From Phaeosaccion multiseriatum (taxonomy: Eukaryota; Protista; Ochrophyta, other classes): a stretch of DNA of 64,000 nucleotides. The stretch lies in the NCBI GenBank assembly GCA_965112735.1, contig OZ218965.1:930001-994000 (forward strand). The letters run 5' to 3'. Shown in pieces: positions 1 through 10,069 of this stretch. Made by a program: the position numbers and the translations under genes. The notes under the pieces are model-generated. The model saw only the letters and a program-made list of their open reading frames with translations. It made no database searches and was not told the origin of the DNA. Each line of letters opens with the position of its first letter. Within the stretch, counting starts at the first letter, position 1.

Positions 1-1019
1 CATCCGCCGGCACCGGAGCTTGGAGTCCACCCTTTGTGGGCGGATGTGCATGGGCAGCTCGAGCCTAATGACCAGCACGGAGGAGAGCACGACGAGGGAG
101 TGGAGGAGACGAAGGGGTCGGGTGCTGCTGAGCAGGTTGGTTGCCAGGCACGTGCAGCACGGCTCGAGCATCTGAGGCTCTACAAGAGGGGGCCTGGCTG
201 CAAGCAATTGGGCATGCAGGTGGGTGCTCACTTGCTCGTTCCTGCTAGATCTGACGCCTCTCCATATCCCCCCTTGTGCTCTGCTTGCCCCTCGCTCTCG
301 CGCCGCTTCAGCCGCCCCCGGGTTTTGAGGTGCGCGAAAGTAGCGCCGTGCTCTCAACAGCAGCAGCAGCAGCAGGGTCGGTGACCGCAGGAGTGGTCGA
401 CGCCGCACCCGCCTGCTAACAGCACAAGGCTGGTAAGAGAGAGCGAGGCGAACGAAGGAGGGGGAGGGTCGTGAGGCGCAAGGCGTCTTGGGTTCGGTGT
501 GTGTGGAGTTATTTGCATGAGAAGCAAAGAATGTTTCGCTGAAGCGTCTTCCCACCTGGTCTCTTAGCCAGTGCGCCCGCAGTGCTTTGGCACGTTTCTT
601 CGTTTCTGTCGCCCATCGCCAAGCCCACGCGCAACGACACACTCATACACGCAGCTGTATGTGTGACACCCTATTCACGAGTGTCGTTGCGGCAAGCCAA
701 GCACCGGCTGTGCGTGGGGCGGTGATGGACGAGCGAAATCGAAGTAGAACGGTACTGAAGTACTGCAAATGCATAGACAGAGGAGACAGGAGGGGGGAGG
801 GGGTGGAGAGGGAGAGCGGGGAAACACCACGGGGTTCAGGGTGTGCGATTCGTGCGATGCGATTTGGTTGCCTCATCACTACTTCGAAGTACTTTGTAAG
901 TCGCGGTTCTAGGGGGGGGTAGGGTAGGGCGAGGACTTCCTTCTCATCTACTCACTCTCGATGCCTGGCCGCCGCGGCATGCAGCCAATCCCCTTTTGTT
1001 GCTATATCCTTGTTCTTGT

Positions 1020-1350
1020 CTTCCAGCGCTTCGGCTCGGCAGAGTAGAGCGGAGGCCTCGAGCCATGACCGGAAGAGTGCCCAATGCGGGGGTGGCAGGC
1101 GGTGCGGCGTCTGGGATGAGAGGCGAAGCAAGCGGCAAAGTAGCGGGAAAGCGACAGCTGCTCCGCCTATGCGGTAGCCAGCACACGCAGTTTGCTCCCC
1201 CGCTTCTCGATGGCTGTATCGTGTGATGCAGCCGCCGCTTGCTTCGCCTCTCATCCCAAACGCCGCACCGCCTGCCATCGCCGTATTGGACACTCTTCCG
1301 GTCATAGCTCGAGGCCCCCGCCCTACTCTGCCGAGCCGAGGCGCTGGGAG
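1020..1350. repeat. Inverted repeat, ~115 bp arms (1020-1136 / 1234-1350) with a ~97 nt spacer
   Basis: The reverse complement of 1234-1350 aligns without gaps to 1020-1136, with about 10 mismatches that are almost all transitions. The mirrored ORFs 996..1226(+) and 952..1353(-) reflect this. Confidence 0.9.
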
Positions 1351-3416
1351 CACAGCCAGGATGGTGACAGCGATTAAGCTGCACGCCCAAAGACGAGCGA
1401 CGCACGCGAGTGGTAAACGAAGGGGAGCTTCCCATTGGGGGTAGCAATAGATAGCAGGAGTAGATTGGCATGTATGGATTTACGCAGAAAGTAAGGAGGA
1501 GGGGTCTATTGCACAGACCCGCTAGCATGCGCAGAGAGAGCGGAGCGGAGGATTCAGGCTGAGTTGGGTCCTCAGGGCACCCAAGTAGTACTTGGTCCCA
1601 GGAGGAGAGCAACCGGGGACAGGGGAGGCTGCGTGGTTGGTGCGTCTCAGCGCCGTGGAGGTGCAGTGTGCAGGCTCATTAATTAATTTTAGAAATGAGG
1701 GCAGGGGGGGGGGGTCGAGGGAGGAGTCACCTACCACTCCACCACCCTCTACCTCCCTGCCCCACAGCCGAGACTCTCCTTTGTAGGGAACGTTTGTACC
1801 CGTAATAATAACAACAAGAACAAAATGAACGAGGCCCTCTCCCTACTGCTGGGCCGCCTACCTCGACAACATTAAAGCCTCTCTTAACCTACTCCTCCCC
1901 CAAGGGGGGGGAGCCTTCACAAAACTCAACTCGTCTCGGTGGTTCAGCTCTCACCCTTCCGCTACCTTGCTCCGCTCGTTTCGTGTGTCTCGACTCCATG
2001 GGGGGGGTCCAAACGAGCGCAGGGCATTGCGACAGACAGCGCGGGTGCGTGTGCTCTTTCTGTTGAGTTTGGCAACAAGGTGCGGGCACTATGAGCGCAC
2101 AAAAGGGCCTGACGGAGAAGAGAGGCAGACAAACTTGCGGCGGGAGTTGCGAAGAGCGAGGCTGACGAGGAGCGCGAATCCAGGGGGAGCGGTGAAGCGA
2201 TGGGTGAATATGTCAACGAGTCTGGCTCCGTGAGGCAGGCGGCATGCACGACTAGCAGAGAGGGAGCAGGATCGTGGGCCACGACTATTCAATTGGTATT
2301 GATGTATTTATCATGTTCTGAGAACATCACGCGATAAATACCTCTTCGGCTCTCTTTACTCTACCTTACCTGCTCATCCTTCTCGATCGCGTCGAAGCCC
2401 TTAAGCCGTACAGCCCTGCTCTCCTCCAATCCCGCCCAGCTTCAAGATGCTGCTGCACGACCGTATACTTCGCTCCTCCTTCCCTCTCAGGAGAAGCGCG
2501 GATCGAACACTCCAGGTGCCCATGCGCTCGCTCCTTCTGCTGCGCCACCAGAGTTCAATGGCACGCCCGTCAAATCTCCCGTGGCACCAGTCTCCTCTGC
2601 AGCTAGTGCCGGTGGCGCGGTCGGCAAAGCCCCTGAGCGTGTGCGTAGCACATAGTAGCGTAGAGCAGCAAAGCAAAGATCAAGGGCAGAGGGTATGAGC
2701 AAGAGCTCAGGCAGACCACACGGGGGGGTCGGATCGGTGAGTAGGAGTATGCGCAGCACACCCACCTTGTACGCCTTCTTCGTCCTCATCCGCTGTGCAG
2801 GCGTCGCGTGAAAGGTCGAGACAGCAGTGGCCGGACGCCGCGCAGGTCTGGGCACGAGCGACGAAGCAAGATTATGGCTCGCGGGAAGGGAACGAAGGGG
2901 AAGGGGAAGTGTCGAGTCGAACCTAATCACAGTAGCAGTACTAACAATCTGCGCCTCCGATATTGGGAACAAGGACTGCAAGATCGCCGCCTGACCATCG
3001 AGTGGAGCAGAGCGAGCACCCGTCACACCGTGGACAAATACGTGCTGCGAGTCACGAGAGCAATGACGCTCTTAGCACTTACATTCCCCACTAAGTCCAT
3101 CACCGGGAGGCCACTCACCGCGTGCCCGACGGCGTTGGGAAGACGCAGCATAGCGAGGAGCACGGCAATCGCCGCACTGTAGACCATGGCCATCTCCTCC
3201 CACATGCCGCAGTACGGCGAGGAATGGGAAGGATTGTAAGGACTGGCCTGGCATCCCAACCCGGAGCCCCTCCAATCGGGTGGTCGGGCCAAAGCGCCCT
3301 TGGAGCCTTTTATTTACCTTGGAAATGACAGGACACGCCCCCTTCCTAGGGCATCACAACCAACCCTACCCTGCCAAGACAACGCCTTTGTCTCTCCAAC
3401 CTCTCCTACCACCACC

Positions 3417-4280
3417 ATGAACATCATGCACGTGCTCTTGGGCTTCATCGCCGCCCTCGCCCTCGTCACTGGCGCCACCGTGCCGCTCGTCAAGGAGGAT
3501 CAACGTGAACTGTAAGTGCTGGAAGGATTGGACATGCACATTTGTGCGCCCGCTCTTTTCTTCCTTTGTCTCTGCGTGCCTGTGTCTAGCTTGTCTGGTC
3601 TCTTGCGCTCGACACTGACTTCGCTTCGCGTCTTCTCCTCTCCCTTCGTCACCTCCTCCTGTGGCTACGCGTCGCGCCTCTCTTCTTCCTCTTCCGTGAC
3701 CTGCGCTCGACACGGACTTCGCTTCGCGTCTTCCTTCCTTCCTCTCTCTTCGTCACCTCCTCCTGTGGCTACGCGTCGCGCCTCTCTTCTTCCTCTTCCG
3801 TGACCTGCGCTCGACACGGACTTCGCTTCGCGTCTTCCTTCCTTCCTCTCTCTTCGTCACCTCCTCCTGTGGCTACGCTTCGCGCCTCTCTTCTTCCTCT
3901 GCCGTGACCTGCGCTCGACACTGACTTCGCTTCGCGTCTTCCTCTCTCTTCGTCACCTCCTCCTGTGGCTACGCTTCGCGCCTCTCTTCTTCCTCTGCCG
4001 TGACTGGCCTCGACTCGGACTCGTTCGTCTTCCTCGTCGCCTCTGGTACGCCTCGCTTTGGCCGTTTTTCCCTCCTCGCGCTCCTTTCCACACGCACAGC
4101 TGGTCCGGCTCCAGCTCTGGCTCAGGCTCCGGCTCAGGCTCTCGCTCAGGCTCCTGGCGCTCTGGGTCCGGCTCCGGCTCGTGGGGCGGATACCGTGGTT
4201 GGGGCAAGAAGTACGGCCACAAGAAGGGTTGGGGCTACGGACGGGGCTTCTACGGCGGGTATGGACGCGGATGGTGGTGA
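3417..4280 (+). CDS. Secreted RxL-processed Gly/Ser/Trp/Tyr/Lys-rich peptide precursor, copy 1 (type A, 91 aa); exons 3417-3511 and 4100-4280
   Basis: ACCACC-ATG start, phase-2 intron GTAAGT...CACAG, and AATAAA at 4306. Spliced translation: [91 protein letters not shown]. Confidence 0.85.
3605..4000. repeat. Intronic minisatellite, ~104 bp unit x ~4, in the copy-1 intron
   Basis: The unit GTGACCTGCGCTCGACAC...GGCTACGC.TCGCGCCTCTCTTCTTCCTC starts at 3696, 3800 and 3904, plus a leading unit at ~3605. Confidence 0.9.
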
Positions 4281-4912
4281 ACGGTCCCACAGCCCCGGAA
4301 ATTGAAATAAAATGATATTCAAATGAGATACGTACTATTTATCGGTGTGTTCTTCTCCCGGTCCCGCCTACACCGTATCGACTCTGTGCTGGCACTCATT
4401 ATCCTGTGCATGAGAAGGCTAGAAAACAATCTCCGCTGCCTCCGCTCCCCTTCACGGGCCCATCCCCGGCGAGTAGAAGAAGACAAACGAGGTCGTCTAA
4501 CTCCCACATGCAGCCCTGCTCCTCTCCATTCCCTCTTCAGTTCAAGACTCAAGGCACTCCACATCGCCCTCTATAACGCCAATCACAACCTTCTGTTCAT
4601 CTCACGTCGGGCCATCTCTCTGAGCCCGTCGGCGCACAAATAGTCACTCAGCGGTACCTGCGGAACCGCTTCGGCAGCGGGACCTCGTCCCCCACGCGGC
4701 GTGCCTTCCTCTTCTTCGCTGCACGACGGCTATTGGGCTGCTCCCCCCCTTACCCTTACCCCTGTGCACGAGCAGCGGCAGCAGGGCTAGAGGCGGTGCG
4801 AGACTTCCTCCCTCCTCGCTTCTTGCCCTTCCCTCCCGTGCACGCCTCGCCCTCCTCGCGGCCATTGCGGGGGAGGCCTTCTTGAGCGCGCGCTGTCTCT
4901 CTCCTCAGCCTC

Positions 4913-5232
4913 CTCCCTCGCTGCTGATGCGCGCATGCCTCTCGCACATGCCGTTGCACTTCCCTCCGCGCGCCAGCTTATCACACTCTCCAACGCGGCA
5001 GCGCTTGACCTGAGCCCCACGAGAAATGCAACCGCCTCCTCGCTGCACCTGCTTTTTCTTTCTGGCACCCCTCTATGCGGCAGCGCTTCACCTTCACACA
5101 AACGCCTCCGTTCTTCGCATGCTTGCCACAGCCCTGCACAGAGCAGAAGCGGGCCCCACCAAGTCGACAGCAAAGCCCTTCGCGTAATTAAAGCTTAGCG
5201 CACCTTTCCACTGTACATGTCCTATTTCCCAT
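4913..5232 (-). pseudogene. Decayed WRKY19-like zinc-finger repeat gene (CxxxGCxKxAxxGGxCxxHG)
   Basis: Homologous to 8884-9188 and 55961-56283. The fragments CSVQGCGKHAKNGGVC and KRCRVGECDKLARGGKCNGMCERH are broken by frameshifts. Confidence 0.6.
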
Positions 5233-5685
5233 GATTGCCTGCGGCCAGACACTCGCCTTCCCCTTCTTGCTCGAGGTGCGGAGGGAGAACCACCTGACGC
5301 CTTGACCTCGGGGCTACTGCTCGCTCGTGTCGAAGGCCTCAGCGCTTCCTCCGTCTGCGTCTTGGGCACACGCAAGCTGAGCAAGTGAATCACAGCCAGA
5401 TGGATGGAAGGCATTCGAAAGTCAGGAACACAAGGGACTTACAGGGTTAGAGTTGCATCGGTTGGAAAGGGAGGAGACAGTGACGAGAAGGACCTTTGTC
5501 AAAGAGGGTTGAGGCGACCAGCGTCCTGAACGAGGGGAGAGTTCGGGGTGCCTTCTTACAGGGGGGGGGGGGCAGCAGGCCTGTATCATAGTGTGTGTGA
5601 CATTCCTGTACAGTTACAGAAGATTCATTCACTTGCAAATCTATTGACTGTAGAGTTACTTAGCTCTGACTACCCCTATAGGCTC

Positions 5686-5724
5686 CACGTGGTCATAGTG
5701 CGCACGTGTTGACCTCTTCACGTG
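5686..5724. promoter_or_regulatory. Cluster of three CACGTG (G-box/E-box) palindromes
   Basis: CACGTG at 5686, 5703 and 5719, conserved in the mirror copy at ~55515-55553. Confidence 0.35.
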
Positions 5725-7293
5725 CGATAGTTCTTTCCTAGCAGGAAATCTTTCCTCCGTAAGTAATTTACTCGGTTTTTCACCAAGGCTTTTTCTCGTC
5801 TCTCGGCTCTCCTTTCGTCTACGCTTGCCAGCGCTTCCTTCTCTCTTTCCGAACTACAACAGCCTGCTCCACAAGCCACACACGAGCGGTCTATCAGCAA
5901 GCAGGCCATCCATCCGTAGCACTTACTAGCCTGGGCGGTGCTTGACCGAGAGGCGTTGACCCGGACCAGTAGCAACAAGCCGCTGAGCGTATGGAGAGGC
6001 GTAGATGAGCCAGTGGGGGCGTGAAGGCGAAGCAAACAGCTTCTTGGCAGAATCCAGGTTTTTGAGTATTGGGTAGGTCTTTTTGGGTGGGCCCCCTGGG
6101 GACCAAATGAAGGCCTCAGCTTTGCCAGAGGCCTCCGCGGCGATCCGCCTCCCGCTCGAGAGACATTGTCCCCATTCGCTGCCGAGATCGAGACTTAGGA
6201 TCAAGCAAGAGGACTCACGCACGTGTGGAAGTAGAAGTCGCTTCAAAGAGGAAGCGAGGAAGAACAAAGACACGGCACTGTGAGCGGGCACAAGGGTGGG
6301 GAAGACGCAGCCAAACGCGCTGCAGGAGAAGCACGGATCGAACACTCCAGGTGCCCATGCGCTCGCTCCCTCTACTGCGCCACCAGAGCTCAATGGAACG
6401 CCCGTCAAATCCCCTGTGGGAGCAGTCTCCTCTGTAGCTAGTGCCGCGGTGGCGCGGTCGGCAAAGTCCCTGAGCGTGCACGCAGCACATAGTAGCGTAG
6501 AGCAATAAAGCAAAGATCAAGGGCGGAGGGTATGAGCGAGAGCTCATGCAGGCCGCAAGGGGGGGTCGGATCGGTGAGCAGAAGGCATACGCACCACGCC
6601 CACCTTGTACGCCTTCTTCGTCCTCATCCGCTGTGCAGGCGTCGCGTGAAAGGTCGAGACAGCAGTGGCCGGACGCCGCGCAGGTCTGGGCACGAGCGAC
6701 GAAGCAAGATTATGGCTCGCGAGAAAGGGGTAAGTGTCGAGTCGAACCTAATCACAGTAGTAGTACTCATAATCTGCGCCTCCGGTATTGGTAACAAGGA
6801 CTGCAAGATCGCCGCAATCTGAAGCCACATTCGCCACGAAGGAGCAAGTGACGGGGACGAGGTGACCATCGAGTGGAGCAGAGCGAGCACCCGTCACACC
6901 GTGGACAAGTACGTGCTGCGAGGCACGAGAGCAAGACTCTCTGAGCACTTACATTCCCCACAAAGACCATCACCGGGAGGCCACTCACCGCGTGCCCGAC
7001 GGCGTTGGGAAGACGCAGCATAGCGCAGAACACGGCAGTCGCCACAGTGTAGACCATAGCCATCTCCTCCCATGCCGCAGCACAGCGAGGAATGGTGGAA
7101 GGATTATGAGGACTGGCCTGGTATCCCAACCTGGAGCCCCTCCACAATCAGGTGGTCAGGCCGCACTTGGAGCCTTTTATTTATTTGAGAGGCATCTTGG
7201 AATGACAGGACATACTCCCTCCCTAGGGCATCACAACCAACCCTGCCCTGCCAAGACAACGCCTTTGTCTCTCCAAGCTCTCCTACCACCACC

Positions 7294-8054
7294 ATGAACA
7301 TCATGCACGTGCTCTTGGGCTTCATCGCCGCCCTCGCCCTCGTCACTGGCGCCACCGTGCCGCTCGTCAAGGAGGATCAACGTGAACTGTAAGTGCTGGA
7401 AGGATTGGACATGCGCATATAGCTCCACTTTTCAGTGCCTGTCTATCTTGTCTAGTCTCTTGCGCTCGACACTGATTTCGCTTCGCGTCTTCTCCTCTCT
7501 TCGTTACCTCTTCCTGTGGCTACGCATCGCGCCTCTCTGTCTTCCTCTTCACTGCCCCGTGACGGGCCTCGACTCGGACTCGTTCGTCTTCCTCTTCGCT
7601 TCTGCCCTCCTCGCTCCTTTCCCACACGCACAGCTGGTCTGGCTCCTCGCATTCCAGCTCCGGCTCTGGCTCTGGCTCCGGCTCCTCGAGCTCTAGCTCC
7701 GGCTCTGGCTCCGGCTCCGGCTCCTCGAGCTCGAGCTCCGGCTCTGGCTCTGGCTCCGGCTCCGGCTCCGGCTCCGGCTCCTCGCGCTCTAGCTCCGGCT
7801 CTGGCTCTGGCTCCGGCTCTGGGTCTGGCTCGTGGGGCGGATACCGCGGCCACAAGAAGTACGGCCACAAGAAGTACGGCCACAAGAAGTACGGCCACTA
7901 TCATGCAAGGACCCTTTGGTCACACTCCGGCTCCGGCTCCTCGCGCTCTAGCTCCGGCTCAGGCTCTGGCTCCGGCTCCTGGCGCTCTGGGTCCGGCTCA
8001 GGCTCCGGCTCGTGGGGCGGATACCGCGGCCACAAGCACGGATACGGATGGTGA
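7294..8054 (+). CDS. Secreted RxL-processed peptide polyprotein, copy 2 (type B, 171 aa); exons 7294-7388 and 7634-8054
   Basis: Same exon 1 and phase-2 intron as copy 1. Exon 2 reads (REL)WSGSSHSSS(GS/S)n..[73 protein letters not shown], an open frame with an internal RTL at 7908-7916. Confidence 0.85.
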
Positions 8055-8419
8055 ATATGACCACAGAGACAAACGGGTGACCTCCAGGATAAGCCGGGCA
8101 TATCTAATTTAAACACAATTTTCACCCCTCAACGCTCGCAATGCTGCTTTATCAGCGTCGCTCCCTGCTTTCCCTTCGCGCGCATCTCTGCGCTTCCTCC
8201 CCGCCCTGATCCTCTGTTACTGTCCTCATGCTACTGTATACCTGCTGGTTGGAGAGAAGAAGGAGGCGTAGCGACAGGTCGTAATATATATTCGGTATGT
8301 GTTAGCTCTCTGCGCCCCAACGCCCTGCATGCTCTGCATGGACTTGCCGCCAAGGGAATCTCGGTGGCCTAAAGCCTCGGCGGCTGAGGAGGGTGCCCTA
8401 GCAGCCACGCCATTATTGC

Positions 8420-9840
8420 TCAATCGCTGCCTCTTCACGGACCCATCCCCGGCGAGTAGAAGACAAACGAGGTCGTCTAACTCCCACGCATGCAGCCCTG
8501 CTCCTCTCCATTCCCTCTTCAGTTCAAGACTCAAGGCACTCCACATCGCCCTCTATAACGCCAATCACAACCTTCTGTTCATCTCACGTCGCGCCATCTC
8601 TCTGAGCCCGTCGGCGCACAAATAGTCACTCAGCGGTGCCTGCGGAACGGCTTCGGCAGCTGGACCTCGTCCCCCAGGTGTGTCTTCCTCTTCTTCGCTG
8701 CACGACGGCTATTGGGCTGCTCCCCCCCTTACCCTTACCCCTGTGCACGAGCAGCGGCAGCAGGGCTAGAGGCGGTGCGAGACTTCCTCCCTCCTCGCTT
8801 CTTGCCCTTCCCTCCCGTGCACGCCTCGCCCTCCTCGCGGCCATTGCGGGGGAGGCCTTCATGAGCGCGCGCTGTCTCTCTCCTCAGCCTCCTCCCTCGC
8901 TGCTGATGCGCGCATGCCTCTCGCACATGCCGTTGCACTTCCCTCCGCGCGCCAGCTTATCACACTCTCCAACGCGGCAGCGCTTGACCTGAGCCCCATG
9001 AGCCTCCCCGGTGCACCTGCACCCCTCTATGCGGCAGCGCTTGTCATCACCCCCGTGAGTCACACAAACACCTCCCTTCTTCGCATGCTTGCCGCAGCCC
9101 TGCACAGAGCAGAAGCGGGCCCCACCAAGTCGACAGCCGGAATTAAAACTTAGCGCACCTTTCCACAGTACATTTCCCTATTACCCATGATCACCTGCGG
9201 CCAGCAGACACTCGCCTTCCCCTTCTTGCTCGAGGTGCGGAGGAAGACCACCTGACGCCTTGACCTCGGGGCTACTGCTCGCTCGTGTCGAAGGCCTCCG
9301 CGCGTCCTGCGTCTGCATCTGGGGCACACGCAAGCTGAGCAAGTGAAGCACAGCCAGATGGATGGAAGGCATTCGAAAGCCAGGAACACAAGGGACTACA
9401 GGGTTAGAGTCGCATCGGTTGGAAAGGGGAGGAGACAGTGACGAGAAGGACCTTCGTTAAAGAGGGTTGAGGCGACCAGCGGCCTGCCCAGCGTCCTGAA
9501 CGAGGGGAGAGTGGGGGGGGGGGGAGCAGCCTGCTCCACAAGCCACACACGAGCGGTCTATCAGCAAGCAGGCAATTAATCCGTAGCACTTACAACCTGA
9601 TCTGGGCGGTGCTTGACCGAGAGGCCCAGCAACAACAAGCCGCTGAGCGAATGGAGAGGCGTAGATGAGCCAGTGGGGGCGTGAAGGCGACGCAAACAGC
9701 TCTTGGTAGAGTCCAAAGTGTGTGTCGGTTTTTGGTGGGAAGGTCTCGTTTTGGGTGGGCCCCCTGGGGACCAAATGAAGGCCTCAGCTTTGCCAGAGGC
9801 CTCCGCGGTACTCCGCCCCCCCCTCGAGAGACTTTGTCCC
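8420..9840. repeat. Direct duplicate of ~4440-6170 (second copy of the ~3.9 kb peptide-gene module)
   Basis: Near-identical sequence (ORFs 4756..4959 versus 8735..8938), lacking the ~280 bp G-box segment. Peptide-gene starts are 3877 bp apart. Confidence 0.85.
8884..9188 (-). pseudogene. Decayed WRKY19-like zinc-finger repeat gene
   Basis: ORF 8884..9105 reads QGCGKHAKKGGVCVTHGGDDKRCRIEGC...HGAQVKRCRVGECDKLARGGKCNGMCERH, the repeat consensus common in stramenopiles. Confidence 0.7.
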
Positions 9841-10069
9841 CAATAGACGAGAGAGGAGGTAGACGAGGAGCAGTCATCAGCACCAGTAGGAGTGGTGCTC
9901 CTTCTTTCCCCAAAGCGCAGCTGCTGCGGAGCTTAAGAGCATCATCTGGACAAAGCAAAGACCTTCCGGCACATTCTCTCACCCACTTTGACGCATCACA
10001 AGCAGCGCAGCAGAGAGGAACCAAGCACTCAGCTGAAGCGGAGGAGAGGCTCTACTTGTTGCTCGAGTT

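Noticed and set aside
1-616. Possible 5' exons of a minus-strand gene running off the window start
   Set aside because: I could not build phase-consistent splicing or recognise a domain.
3605-4000. Regular repeats resembling a CRISPR array
   Set aside because: There are no unique spacers and no cas genes; this is a eukaryotic intronic minisatellite.
7452-8125. PEPEPE-, APAPAP- and GARARA-repeat ORFs (also at 3953-4315, 53206-53774, 56924-57457)
   Set aside because: These are alternative-frame or antisense shadows of the (GS)n peptide exon. Only the GS frame is splice-compatible with the signal-peptide exon in all copies.
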